A stretch of DNA of 64,000 nucleotides from Lama guanicoe (GCA_013239625.1 MU053304.1:310001-374000), one strand, 5' to 3'; counted from the first letter of the stretch, positions 26,690-39,820 are shown. A program made the numbers and translations. Notes: generated by a model not told the origin, from the letters alone.

Positions 26690-27570
26690 GGGCTTGCTTG
26701 GGGGGCTGTGACTCCTGGAAGTTTATCTGCCACCACCCCCTGGGCTGGAAGGGACCAACTGCTTTCTATGAAAAGTTCAGCTGTTCTCAGGTACTTCCCA
26801 GGTTCTCCTGGCTTCAGTAGGATGGAACCCTGAGACTGAATGTCCATGAACAGCCTTAGGCTGACCACTATATACGCTACAGGAAAGAGATTTCTTCCTT
26901 GCTAGTTCCAGAAAGAAAAAAATTCCCTAGGTGTTCTTTGAAGGGCCTGGCTTGGGTCACATGCCCATCCCTGAGTCAATCATATGACCAGGGGGATGTG
27001 ACCTATTGTAGACAACAGCTATTCTTCAATTCCCACCACCCCTTCCCCCACTCCTTTTGGTAACAGTAATCAAATGTACTCTGGGGACCCACTCTTTCCT
27101 CATTTTGTAGGGTGCTGTTGGGGCTGTCAATCTCCACATCCCACCTCTTGGCCCCAGAGTTGAGCACTTGAGCTAAAAGTGGCCACTCTGTGAAAAAAAC
27201 ATCATCCTGGCCACAGTGGTTGGGGACTCAAGTCAAATGGGATCAGGTGGTCCTTCCTTCTGTAACATTCTGTCTAGATACCTGAGGAATATGTCTAAAG
27301 ACATCTCCCTCTCGCCTCCACGCCCCTCCACCCCCTCCAGCCCTTCCCCACCCCCCTGCACATGGAAAAAGTTCCCTTGCAGTGGGACAGAATACAGTCG
27401 TTATGTAGAGGCAGAAGAGAGATGTGGGGAGAAAGAGAGGGACTGGCATCATTTGAATCACTGTACCTGGCTGTGATTAGCTAACAGCTGCCCTCCATGG
27501 ACTTCTCTGTTATGCAGACAGTAAAGTCCCTACAGCTTGAGTTGGGTTTCTGTCATTGGCCAATTCAGGG
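26690..27570. mobile_element. Two diverged MaLR (MLT1-type) LTR fragments, apparently in opposite orientations
   Basis: ggcctggcttgggtcacatgcccatccctgagtcaatc (~26945) and ...cagcttgagttgggtttctgtcattggc (~27540) are MLT1-like. Confidence 0.5.
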
Positions 27571-29344
27571 ACTTGGGCCTAGTGAGATCTGAACCATGTC
27601 TGTGATCAAAGGGACAGGTCATTGAAATTGGTGGACCCCCAAAAACCACAGGGTTGGAACAGAGGGGGATTCCCCAAAGAACAGGGTGCTGCAGAGGGAC
27701 ACAGCAAACAATTATGGCCGAGCAAGTATGGAAATGTCATTTTTCAAGTAAATAGGTGTTTCCTCTACTCCCAATAGCCTATCACAAATAAGTTGCCAAA
27801 AAATGAAAAGTATATAGAAATTTAGTTAATAAAGTTGCATATATTAAACTTTATACCCTACAGAGAATAGTTCTATTTTTAAGTACCCATGAAATAGTTA
27901 CAAAAATAACATATATTCAGATACAAATAAAGTCTCGGTGAAGTTCAAATCTCAGAAATATTGTAAGTTCTATTCTCTGACCACAATGCAATAAAATTAA
28001 AAATCCATAAGGAAAGTTTAAATGAAAATAAAATGCAGCTAATTAAAATAAAATTTAATTTTATAAGAGTTTATGATATAATAATAACATTTATATGGAA
28101 AAGCAACTGTTCAGGAATTTTTGTAATTTTAAAGCAAAACCAAGAAAATACCTACCAGTCTATAGAACATATGTGGCAGTTGTCAAAATTATATGGTAGA
28201 GCAGATGTGAACACATTTATTTGCATTTAGCATATAACAAATCATGTGAAAGAAATGATGAAAGAAATAATTAGCACTACATTCACATGGAAAATGGATA
28301 ATAATGACATATGAATAGCAAACCCTTACTCATACAATTATCATAGAACATTCCAGACAGGTTAAAATTAAATACACATACATAGCCATTAAAAAAAACC
28401 CTACAACAAAAGTACATAAAAGTGTTTGCTCACCCAAACTACGGAGACACTGGTGTCAGGGCAAAGCATGGGTTTCAGCAGACAGACCTCTGAGATTTAG
28501 CCCCACCTGAAGTGCTTACTTAAATACTTAACATCTCTGAGCCCAGTTCCTATCTGTACGCTGTAGGTAAAAAAACCCAATTCACAAGAATGGAAGCCAC
28601 TCTGTGGTCCACACTTTCAGCTGCTGTAGTAGATTTCCTCAGACTGGTGCTGGGGAGGCAGTGGGGCACTCCTGGGAACAGATAGCCCCTGGGGAGAAAG
28701 ATCTGAGTCAAATGTACAAGCACATAAATAAAGAAAAGTATGGGAACCTATAGAATATAATACATTTTTTAAATTTGTCAACGTCACTATATAAACACAA
28801 AGAAAAGCAATGGCGTGAAAGAACACTTCATGATAAATATGGAAAATAAAATATTTATGAAACTGATATTTAAAATTTAAGAAAGCCTTTAGAAAGTAAA
28901 AGGAGACAACTTAAGGCAACTCTGAGGGTCTCTAGCAAGTACAAACAGAGGTGCGACATCAGCAGAGGAGATGGAAAAGAGTACACTAATATATACTAGG
29001 TCATACCCTTCAGCCAGAGCTGATGAAGAGCTGTCAAACCACAGCGTGCTCACATCATCACACCTTTCAACCAGCAATTCCTCCAACTGAAAGAAGAAAG
29101 AGAGAAAGAGAGGAAGGGAGAAAAGGGAAGAAGGGTGGGACAAAAGAGAAAAACTATTTTACTGAGATATTTTTACCTGTATAATTTGTAAGCACTTAAC
29201 ACAGCCCAAATCTGGGCTATGAACTATTAATATTGCAGACTACTTAGATCTATGTAAACGGTTATACAAAATAACATTACATGAAAAAGTTGATCACAAG
29301 ATATTATGTGCACACTGATTCTAACTAGGCACAAACGTTGCTGG

Positions 29345-29860
29345 TGTTGTGGCAAAGTGTGTTACAGCTCAGTGTTACAGTTCAGTGTTATAGCTCAGTT
29401 GTGACAGCAACCTGGATCTGGATGAGAGACCAAGCAGCACTTGGAGAACTCAGGTTTATTATGCCAACAGGCCCAGAGCAGTTAACACTCCAAGCTCTGG
29501 ACCCTGTCTGTAGGTTGACACAGGCTTTTATAGGCTACCAGTCTAGACTTTGTAACATTTTGCAACATCGTATGCAAATAAGGTATAACAAAGGTGACTA
29601 ATTAGGAACAAGCTTTGTACCAATCAGGAGTGAGGGAAATGGACCAATCACGAGTGAGCTCCATGCAACTAAAGCACTACAAATGGACCAATCAGGAGTT
29701 AGCTAGGGAACCAATAGAATTTTAGGAGTAAGTTCAGCTTTCCTAGAAGTAAGCAATTTCAGAGTTTAAAAAGCGAAATAATGCTGCAGGGCCAGGGAAC
29801 CGAATGGTTCTGGCAAGAGGGTAGTGGCCCTGCCTGGAGGGGGTCCTGCCATCTTTTTCA
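29345..29860 (-). mobile_element. Solo ERV LTR (probably class I)
   Basis: Minus strand begins TGAAAAAGATGGCAGG. U3 carries repeated CCAAT units, TATAAA at 29532-29527, AATAAA at 29460-29455, and 13-bp tandem repeats in U5. Left boundary and TSD uncertain. Confidence 0.78.
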
Positions 29861-32800
29861 TGGGGCTTCCCACCTCACTGGCAGAATCTGAAAGCCCAGG
29901 GGAGACATGGGTAGGTCATGTGATATTGGTGGAGGTGCTTGCGCATTTGCTGTTAGCTTGACACTGCTGTTGATCTTGCACTGTATCATTGGGTAAATAT
30001 TCTTAAAAAAAAAAAAAAAGATTGATTTTAAAAAGAACATTTGTCATTCCGTGCTAATAAAGCATGACATTGCCCAGGTCTTCTCCTGGCTGGATTCTTA
30101 GGCATCAGCCCGAGATTTCCTAGCAGAGTGAGAGCAGGTGTATGGAGGGCAGAGGCCGGGCAGGGCAAGCAGCAGGGCTTCTCCTGCAGCTGCCCGCGGG
30201 CTCCTGGCCTGAGCGTCTTGTCGCATGACCTCATGTGAAAACCCCACGCCTCCAGGTCTCCAGCGAACATTTGCCATTCCTTTCCTGTCACCACCCAGCT
30301 CTGCCCTTGAGTCCATGAGCTCATCACTGCTGGGCAGGTCCTCTTGAGATCAGATAACTGCTGGGGGCAGCTCCTTTCCAGCCTCCTGCCCCTGGCCTGT
30401 GCCCCTAGGAGACACAGGGCTGCCCTGACTCCTACTCTGGTTCCGCGCAGAACAGAGAATTATGTGAGCTCAGCTGAAGTCCGGGAGGTAAACGGGCTCT
30501 CCCACACCAGCCCTGCCCCCATCATGGCCTGATCTTGCTGTCTGGGCTGCTCAGCCTCTGTGACCAGGCAGACCCCTGCCCACGTCTGAGTCACTGTCGT
30601 TTCTCAGTCCCAGAGTCTGTGCAGCCCTGGGCCCGGCAGCCTCCTAGGTGGGTATCAACCATAGGAGATGCTAGGAGAGGGGATTTGGATGCTGTGAAAA
30701 GGCAGGGAGGGAGGTTCAGCCCAGCCCAAGTGCTGGCCTGTTTCCCTGGCAGCCTCAGGGCTCCCCGCTGGCTGATGTGGGGAGGGTTTCTCTAGGTAGG
30801 TCAAAGCTGGTTCATTCATGGATCTCAGGGATGGGGGACTCACTGTGTGCCAGGCCACCCACTGCTGGGAATCCAGGGTGAGTCCTAGTGCTCTTTCTCT
30901 GGGGGTCAACTGAAGAGAGAATGCCCTCCCTGGCCTGGCTCTTTTCCTATGTATAAGGCTCCTTGCTTGGTGTGTTCAGACCATATCCCAGCCCACCTCC
31001 CAGGCTGGATGGCTCCGACCCCAGACCGCCTAATCCATGTTGGCCCCCCAAGAGGGCTGGTTTCCTGACATTAGAGCTCTCTGTCTCCCCAGATCTTAGG
31101 ACCACAATGTTCCCAGCCGATCCGGCCCTGTCCTTTCCAGGCTTCCCAGAAACTAAATAGGCAAGAACAAGAAGAGGGGACAGAATTACCCCAGAGAAAT
31201 TGCCACTGACAAATACAGCAAAGGCCCTGGCACTCTAAGCATCCCCACCCCATACGTGGCCACTGGTGGCCAAGGAGTCATGTCTGCGTGCCTGCCAAGC
31301 CGCTCAGCCCATTCCCACGGGAGCCGTGCAGCGCGGTGTGGAGACAGCTGTTCCTCTCGCCAGATGTTCTCGCGGGGCGCAGGGGTGCATGCTCCCCGCC
31401 CCAGCCCCATGACTCACTGGAGTCTGGCCAGCTCACCCGTTAGGCCTGAGCAGCCTGCTGAGCCCTGTGGGTGGCTGAGGGAAGATCAGGTAGCTGGTCA
31501 GGGCCTCCATGGCCCCATCTGCAAAGTGGGGCAGCTGGTCACTTTGCCAGCACCTTCCTTCTGCGAGGACAGGGGCTGTGTCTGTCCCTGCTGCCCCCCT
31601 GAGGCCTAGTGCAGCATCAGGTTCGGGGAGCTGGGACTACTGAGGCAGACAGGAGTTCCAGAGAAGCTGACAGAGGGAGAGAAGGAAGCCCCGCTGGTAC
31701 TAGGGCTGTGCGACCCCCACTGCCTGTGCTGAACCAGAGGAGCAGCACGTGGGAATCAAGTGACCCAGGAAGAGACTTAGCACTCCGCAGAGTCATCACA
31801 CCAGATGATTCCCAGGCCAGCTCCCATCATTTCAGGCCCTAGCCACGACCTTCTGCCAGAAATCGGCCTGCCCTGGAGAATCTCCTGCCCCAGCAGGGCT
31901 CAGAAACCAGTCCCAAGGGTCACTCACCCTTGTGCATGAGACTCACCTCCTGGTAGGTTTTCAGTGAGCAGCCCTGGCCACACCATCCCGGTCTGACAGC
32001 TGCTCCACTGCTGTGGGGTCCATGCCAGATGAAAACTCACGAGGGCAAAGAGAGGGTGACATATCACAGTCCAGGCAAGGTCTACACCTGGGGCTACAGG
32101 GCCAAGATGTCTGGAATGCGATGTTTAATCCCTCTGAGTCAAGGTCTGTCAGGGTAAAAAGAAGGGGCAGGACTTCACTGTCTGAACTCCTCGATCTGGG
32201 CATTGTTCTTCGAAGTCTGGCGCCCCATCTCCCAGCCCAGCATGCGGAATCCCAGTCTTCCCACCCCCTTTCCTGGCTCAGCCATCACCCAGCTTTCTAG
32301 ATTTTCTCATAACACATCACTCACCACACTGTGTTTCTCTGTCTCCATGAAGCCTTTTCTGCTTGAGAAACACATTTGGATCTAATGGGGTAGAAGGTGC
32401 TGAAGTTAGAAATATTTGCTTAATTTAGTAATACATCTGAGCACATGTCACATTCATTTTACTGAAGTTAACTCTCCCCTGCCAGACTGTGAGCTTGAGT
32501 CAGGGACTGTCTAACTTTATAGAGTCAGTGTGATATTTTTAATCATCTTATAAAATAATTTAAAACATGATTTTTCAGGACAACACAGCCAGCTTAGGCA
32601 GCCTGGATCTAATCATCAAATATTGTTCTGACAACTGGTTTTCTATTACCATAAGGGGAACCACACAGTCCCTCCTAATTGTGCCTCTCTACACGATGTC
32701 CCCTTTGCCCTTCTCTCCATCACTGAAGGGGCAGGAAGGAGGCTGGTGCCCCCAGACATCCTCACTCTCACATCAGGAGCTTCCTGTGGGGAGAGTGGGG

Positions 32801-34490
32801 CTCTGGCAGACTGGTTATTCCAGGAATGAAATGTTGGAGAGTCAAGCAGTGGGAACCGAGGGCCTGGGTAACCCTGGGTATCATTCAGGGGACTTACTAA
32901 AAAAAAAAAAAAAAAAAAGCTGACTCTGACTGAGTAAAGCAGAAAAGGAATTTATTAAAAGGGTATCAAGCAATGGAGAACCCATCCAGGACCAATTAAG
33001 TTGCAGGTGGATCTGGTGAGGTCCTCAGTGCTGCCCTTGCCACCAACATTTATGATCTGTTAATGACACCCCAGCAAAGGGCAGTGAATGTTACTGCACT
33101 GCCAACGTGCCTTAGAACCTGCTCTCGCAGAACGCAGATTAAGAGCGTTCTGAGTTACCCTGGCTTCCCTGCAGCAACAGCTCCTCATTTAAAACCTACG
33201 GCTGGCCCATCTGCCGGGGGGACTCCAGGTCACACACCAGCGTGGTCAGCAGGGGTGACCAGGCAAGCAAGCATTTGGCAGCTCAATTTCTTCAGTGCTC
33301 TGAGAAGCCAGGCAGCAAAAACTACTGACATGTGTCCCCTACACACAGAGACAGTCTCCTCTCCTTGCCATCTACAAGGACCCCTGGACCCCAAATCAGC
33401 CACCTGATCCAGGCTGAACTCTAAACTGGGGCCTCTTCTCTTAAATTATTTCACCCACAAGGCAAAACAAGCCATCATTTGTAGGGAAGGACCCTTCTTC
33501 TCCTTACCCAGCCTGCACTGGGACACAGGGACCTTCCTGGGCAATCCACGAGAAAAGGTTTGTTGTATGATGTTGCATATTGGGCCCAGAAACAATTCAC
33601 ACAGGCACAGGGGTGGTTTTCAAAGAATTTATGGCCTTTGGGCTTTAAAAGCGTTTTCTATTCCCTGTGGAGACCAGATTGCAAAAAAGTATGTTCCTCC
33701 AACCCTTGTTAGCATCTGGCTTGGTCATGACCCTCTCTTGCTAGTGTTTTCTGGTCAGTCTCATTTTAAAAATTGAATGCTCACCAGAAACTAGTTGGTG
33801 ATCACACACTCCTGGGGCAGAAATCTGCAGAGGAGTTTCTGGCTTGGGAGACCCAGAGATGTGGCTCCTTGAGCTGCCTGGTGGCCTTGAGTCCTGGTAG
33901 CCCTATCCTGTGGTGCCTTCTGTGAAGGTGCGAAGCTAAGAAGTTTCTGTAGGACATTTGGGGCCCCTTCTATCCACAGGGTGAAGCCCCCTTCCTTGAA
34001 GACTGTGGACTCCAATAATTCTGAAACACTATCTCTAAGACCAGACAATAGACAGCCTCCTCCTGGTGCACACCAAGAAGATAGGCTCATGGCAGGGACC
34101 CCCTCGAGAATATCAAGGAGCAGCTCCCCACTTGGAAAAGCTCCATATGACCAACATTTTACCAGAACCCAGCCAAGGCAACTCGGTCCCCAGAGCACAG
34201 AGCCTGGAAGCAGATCCATTCCCCCTGCAAACATCTGGTGCACGCACCACACTGAGGTCCTGAGGTCGGGATGCTGAACCGTCTTCTGTTGGGAAAGCCT
34301 CTCCCCCTCACTCACCCCCTCCCTGGCTCACTTTCTCAGGGCTCAGGCCTCAGCCTCTACTTCCTCACCTGCCTATTGCTAACCACATAGCGAGCAGTCA
34401 TTCTCCCTAGGGGACTGAGCCTATCTGTGGAGCCAATCTGTCTTTTATTTTCGTAAAGGAAAAAAAAGGGAGGTGGTGAGGGATAAACTC

Positions 34491-34498
34491 TGACGTCA
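34491..34498. promoter_or_regulatory. Full palindromic CRE (TGACGTCA)
   Basis: Exact consensus about 4.6 kb upstream of the NPPC TATA box. Function unproven. Confidence 0.4.
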
Positions 34499-35217
34499 TG
34501 GGCCTGCGTAGGACAGAGGGGTTGGAGGCCATCTGGAGCAGGTGCTGGCAGGGCCCCTGGGAAAGGAGAAGGAGGGCAGCTGGCTCATCAGGTGGGGGTG
34601 TCCTGGGGTCAGACAAAGACTTCATGGCACGATGAAGTTAAGCTTTTCTGGAATTTCTGGCCTGGGAAGGATGGATGACGCTTCCTTGGCCTCGGGTTCC
34701 TCTCGTAAAGCCAGGACCCGTAGGTGCAGAACTCCTGAAAGAGGCACTAGGTTAAAGGAGACCCGGCCAGCTCATGGCCTCTGTGTTCTCCATGGACTCC
34801 CACCATCAACAGTCCTGGGGAGTCCCAGGGGTGTGGGGCCCTCCCCTGGGAGGGGGTGACAGTCTGATCCCTCTTCTGCCCCAGCTGCTTCCTCCTGCCT
34901 TTGTCTAGGAGTTAGAAACCTCTTGTCAAGCCTCCTGATTCCATCTGCCCCTGTCCAGGAGTCAAGGAAGGCTTTTCCCCAAATATAGGTGGAGAAACTG
35001 AAGGCCCCAAGCAGTGGTGGGACTTGGCAAGGGTCCCGCTGCAATTTCCCTGCCAGGCCTCCATGAGATCTGCTCACCGCCTATTCAGTGTCCTCTCTGG
35101 GAAGTTATGCAGCTGGAAGAGGGCCCCTGGGGTGGAATAATTGCAGAGAAAACAGATGGGCGGCTGAACAATCCTCCCTTCCTCTGTGTGCCTGAGAATT
35201 TTCCCGTTTCTCCCCAG

Positions 35218-35235
35218 GGCCAGGAGGGGGCGCTG
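35218..35235 (+). promoter_or_regulatory. CTCF motif
   Basis: GGCCAGGAGGGGGCGCTG versus consensus CCASYAGRKGGCRS (one mismatch). Confidence 0.6.
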
Positions 35236-36102
35236 TTACACAGGGAACTTGTTCCCACCTTCTGGGAAAGGGGACTAAATAACCCTACCTTAGCCACCCC
35301 TTTTCCAGCCTCCTAGAAGCCCTTATGCACACCTTTCTAACCGCAGGTATCCTCATCAAAGCCCACTCTCATCTCCTATAGAGAGTCCTGGTAATGGACT
35401 GAACACTGACCGTCCCTCAGAAAGGCCCATCCGTGTTCGGCACAGGACTGTCTTTGCCCTTCGTGGAACAGAGGAAAGAAAAAAAGAGGGTCCCACAAGA
35501 ATGGAATCTTTTATTTCCAGTTCCCTACATTTCAGAAGTTCAGGACGGAGAAGAGGGTCCCAGCCAAGCAACTCTCTGACGCCTGGAGCTTGGCACACTT
35601 CAGCCCGGCTCTGACTTTTCCCACTCCCTTTCTGAGTTCCCCCACAACTGATCACTCTCCTTCGGCCTCCTCTTTCAAGCCACGCCCCCAGGTTTGCTTG
35701 CCTTCCCCAACCACCAAGAGCGCATTGGGCTCCCATCCTTGGAAGACAAGTCCCTCCCCCCTGTCACATCTCCTTACTTCTAGAACCTACTTGCTTCTCT
35801 TCCAAGCCTGGCTCCTCTGGGCATACCTACCTTAAACTCCTTCCCCTCTTCTTTCCCTAGGTCTGGGCACTGGATCTTTTTTTTCCCCCCTTTTGCTGCA
35901 CCCCTCTAAGCCGGAGTGCATTCCCCCGTAGCCCAAAGGGAGTCACCCTGTTTTACATCTAGGTTTCCCTCTTCTTTCCCTTCTCTCCTGCTTGCCAGGG
36001 CTCTGGCTCAGCACCGACTTTTTCTTCTCCATGAAGCCTGCCCTACTAGCCCAAGCTGGGGGAGCTGCCCTCCCTCCCTGCCATTGTCCTTTTTAGCTTA
36101 CA

Positions 36103-36311
36103 AAGCTAGTGTCTGTTGCCTGGGGTGGGGGGTGGGGGGGGTGTCTTCCTGCCGGATGGAACTCCACAGGCTGCATGGATGCTCAGTGAATACTTGGGAA
36201 ATCAGTGGATAAGCTAGTGTCTGTTGCCTGGGGTGGGGGGGGTGTCTTCCTGCCGGATGGAACTCCACAGGCTGCATGGATGCTCAGTGAATACTTGGGA
36301 AATCAGTGGAT
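36103..36311. repeat. Tandem duplication (108 bp + 101 bp)
   Basis: Copies 36103-36210 and 36211-36311 are identical except for a 7-bp TGGGGGG indel. Confidence 0.95.
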
Positions 36312-37186
36312 GGATAAGTGACAAATGACAAGATTCTCTACATAATTGCCAGGCTCCTGAGGGCCAGCAGCCTCTTCTCTCTCCTTGCCATCAGGAGGAG
36401 TTTTCACACTGAGCAGTCAATAAAGTGCCACAAACTGCTCCTGTTCAGCTGCTCAGTGGGTCCAGCTTTGCCAGGCCTGGCCCCTGGGGCCAGAGCAGAA
36501 AGAGCAGACCTCAGGAGGGAAAAGCAGGAATAAGAGACCTGAGTCCCCAGTCTAGGTCGGGAGGGAGAGAGAGCTTTCTCTGCAGCTTCCTGGGCAAGGA
36601 AACCAAGGGGGAGGGGAAGGCCTCAGTCGCCAAGCAGTCCTGTGCTGACTACCTCCTTCCCTGAAGTTCCCCCCAGCACTGAGCTCCCACTTCTATCCAC
36701 CCCGCCTCCCAGGCCCCAGCTAAGCAGGAGCCACTCTGTGGTCTGCCCCAGGAAAGCCTCATGCAGCAGTTACCTTAACCAGGATCTTGTTTGCCCCAAA
36801 TGACCACAGACCAGTTGTCAGAAGTGGGGGCTGACCAGAAGATTCTTCTTCCAAAGAGGGGAAATAGAGTTCAAGGTGTTGGCTCTGTCCACACTGGGGT
36901 GGGAGTGGGGAGGAGTCAGTTTATTACATTTAGTTAAAGCTCAAAGAGAGGGGAGACCTAGATGGTTACTCAGCTGTAACCAAGTACATTCAAGGGACAC
37001 AGAAGACAGGAAGAACCAGCCTGCAGATATTCAGGCAGAAGGAGGTGACGATGGAGCATTGGAAGCTTCCAACCTGTCCTTAATAAGGGGTTTCAGAGGA
37101 TGTAGCTGTTGCTCCCTGGAAATCACCCCATGGCTTGCTCAGAAGTCAGTCTGCCTGGCTCCTTCAACCAGTATAAATCAAGTCTC

Positions 37187-37347
37187 AAACTATATTCAAT
37201 ATCTTGTAGTAACTTAGGGTGAAAAAGAATAGGTATGACTGAAGCATTATGCTGTACACCAGAAAGTGACACAGCATTGTAAACTGACTATACTTCAAGT
37301 AAACACACACACATACATATGTATATACATACAAAAAAACAAACAAA
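37187..37347 (+). mobile_element. Young 5'-truncated L1 3' end
   Basis: L1 3'UTR family sequence. Perfect 12-bp TSD aaatcaagtctc at 37175-37186 and 37348-37359. Confidence 0.87.
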
Positions 37348-39061
37348 AAATCAAGTCTCTGGGATATTCTGGATTGGTAACATTCCTCTTTGTACACTAG
37401 ACAAAGAGGAGAGGGGACTTCCATGGCCCACCCGGAGATCCCTGCCTCTTCCCTGTATGCCTCTTCCTTTCTCCTCAAATGAAACAGAGGTGCCACTTGA
37501 TAGGTGTTGCCCATGGATAGGCAATCAGGGCTGCTGCCTGGAGGTGGTGAGTCAACTAAACAGAACTCACTAAGAGTACCCTGATGATGTCTGGATCCTT
37601 TGGAGTTCAGGAGATTCTGCTACCCCAAACTTAGGCCTCAGGTATAGGTAATTTCCTAAACAAAGGGATGTAGGATTCATCCGCAGTTTCCAGTTCAGAG
37701 TGCAAAGGTAGGAAAGAGCACATAGTTTTGCATTGCCTCCATGCTCTGGGCTCAGGCTTCACTGCGGGATCCACCGAGTGGAACCTGATCTCCAGGTCTC
37801 TCTTGACACCAGTAGCCTTCGTGCTTTAGGCACAGCTTTCTTTCCCTGAAAAAGCTCTTCCAGGTACCTCCAAACCTGGGGTCGTCTTCAGGCCTGGGGT
37901 CTACCAGCACTCCCCTGTTCCCTGCTCTCTGGCAGAGTCCTGTTCAGCGGCAGCAGCGGAGTCTTAGATTCCTGCAACTCACTCAATTCTTAGGGTTCTC
38001 TGCCGCCGCGACGCATCTAGAAGAACTTCTCAGAGCCTAAGGGACTGAGACTCCCTGCCCAAGGAGAGAAAGACGTGAAGGACCGGATACATAGCTGTGT
38101 TCACACAGCTATGACAGGGACCTCTCTGCAACCCAAAACACGAAAGAGACCACCTGTCATTGCTCACAGAAGCCAGACTGGACTCTGGGCTGGGTAAAGC
38201 TCCCTCTCCAGACTGTGCAGGAGCACAGGACATTGGAGCAGACCACGCTGCAGATCCTCGCGTGGGTGCAGACAAGGTCAGACGCGCACCAGTCGGTGCA
38301 GACAGAAGCCATCCGCCGGGTTAGACCCGCGGACGTTCTGTGCGGCCCACCTGGGCTGAATGCGCACTTAGAACCACAGTGTCGGGTGCACGATTCTACC
38401 GCACAAACGCATGAACACTCGTATCTCAGGTCTGCGCTCGAAGCCCACCTCGTTCACATTTCGCACTCAAACACACCCGCAGACGAAAAGCTCGCGCTCT
38501 ACGGCGTAGGATTTGCGCTCCCCACTGCGGCCCTGGGCAAACCCCGCTCTCTCTGCGCCTACCTCCCGGACCTCCGGCCCCATCCTTTGTCTCCCCAACC
38601 TAAAGGCGTCGGTGCGATCCGAACTACTGTCCCGACGAGGAGGTGAAAGGTGTAGCTGCAGCGCCAGGCCTCGCGCCTGTCAGGCGCCCCGGGAAGAGTT
38701 TGGCAACAAGGCAGATCTGCGCGGATTTGGGGCTGTGCCAACTTTCGGGCTATGTGACTTTGGGCAAATGATTTAATTCCTCTGAGCCTATGTTTGCACC
38801 TGCAGAAAGGAGACTGATCCCTTCCAGGAAGAGCGTGTGTGTTGAGGTCCAAGCTTGTGCGCAGGTCACGGGGAGCACCGACTTTTGGCATGCCAGGGCG
38901 TGCGCTCCCTGCTATTGGAGTTCACTTGTGCGAGCCGCTTTGCAGCTTGGAGTGCGGCAGGGATAGAGACCGCCAAGCCGCGAGATCCCTCCGGAGTGGG
39001 ATGAAGGTGGGGGCAGAGGGGGAGCCCCCGCGGCCCCCTCCCCGCCCTCGACGCGCGTGCC

Positions 39062-39120
39062 ATTGGCCCGGGCGGCCGTGTGGGCGGGAGGATGACATCA
39101 GCGGCAGGTTGGATTATAAA
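39062..39120 (+). promoter_or_regulatory. NPPC: NPPC core promoter: inverted CCAAT, two GC boxes, CRE-like element, TATA box
   Basis: ATTGG 39062-39066; GGGCGG 39070-39075 and 39082-39087; TGACATCA 39093-39100; TATAAA 39115-39120. This is the arrangement I recall for mammalian CNP promoters. TSS expected near 39145. Confidence 0.9.
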
Positions 39121-39291
39121 GGCGCGAGCGGAGCCGCGGACTCAGAGCGCACCCAGCCGGCGCCGCGCAGCATTGGGACTCGCGCCCGCACCGCAGCCCG
39201 GCCAGCCTGCTCCGCTCTCGCCTGCCCGTCGGCTCGCCAGCCCGGCTCACTCTCGCTGCCGCGGTCTGCGCCCCTGCACGCCACGGACACC

Positions 39292-39381
39292 ATGCACCTC
39301 TCCCAGCTGCTGGCCTGCGCCCTGCTGCTCACGCTACTCTCGCTCTGGCCCTCCGAAGCCAAGCCCGGGACGCCGCCGAAG
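39292..39381 (+). CDS. NPPC: NPPC coding exon 1 (signal peptide and start of proCNP, aa 1-30)
   Basis: Kozak-like acacc[33 protein letters not shown], then phase-0 donor AAG|GTGGGT at 39382. Confidence 0.98.
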
Positions 39382-39820
39382 GTGGGTGCTGTCGCAGGGA
39401 CATCGGAACTGTGAGGGGCTGTGGGAGGGCTGGGAGTCTAGGAGATGCAGCGCGCTGGAGGGAGCAGAGGGGGCGGGAAGGAGGCCCTCTCCCCTGAGAT
39501 GTGCGCGGGTGAGAGCTGGGGAGCCCTCGAAGCCCGAACTCGGGAGAACATCGGCAAATGCGCAGCGCCTGCCCCTGTGTAGTAGCCGGGCAAGGGGCAA
39601 AGGAGAGGAAGGCAAGGGGCGCCTGAAGGAGCGGACAACGGTGGCCGCGTGGCAGGTGGATGCAGGGTCGAGCTGTCCCGCACCTGTGGGGGCGCGCTCA
39701 GGACTCGGAAGAGGCAAACCGCGCTGGCCAGCGTGTGGGGCTAGAGCATCAGCGGCCCCGCCAAGTCCTTTGCACTGCTGCCGTGCGTCCCTTCACCTGC
39801 CCGTTCTTTTCCTCGGACAG

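Noticed and set aside
29358..29412. Short regularly repeated 13-bp units
   Set aside because: Head-to-tail repeats without spacers inside an LTR. Not CRISPR-like, and the DNA is eukaryotic.
39272..39292. Partial REST/NRSE-like motif (gcacgccacggacac) before the NPPC ATG
   Set aside because: Only the right half-site resembles the consensus, and the spacing and left half are wrong.
38839..39414. 191-aa ORF containing the NPPC signal peptide
   Set aside because: The N-terminal part lies upstream of the promoter and starts at TTG; the tail is intron read-through. The true start is ATG 39292.
39680..39695. CTCF-like acctgtgggggcgc in NPPC intron 1
   Set aside because: Several mismatches in the 5' half; expected by chance in a GC-rich island.
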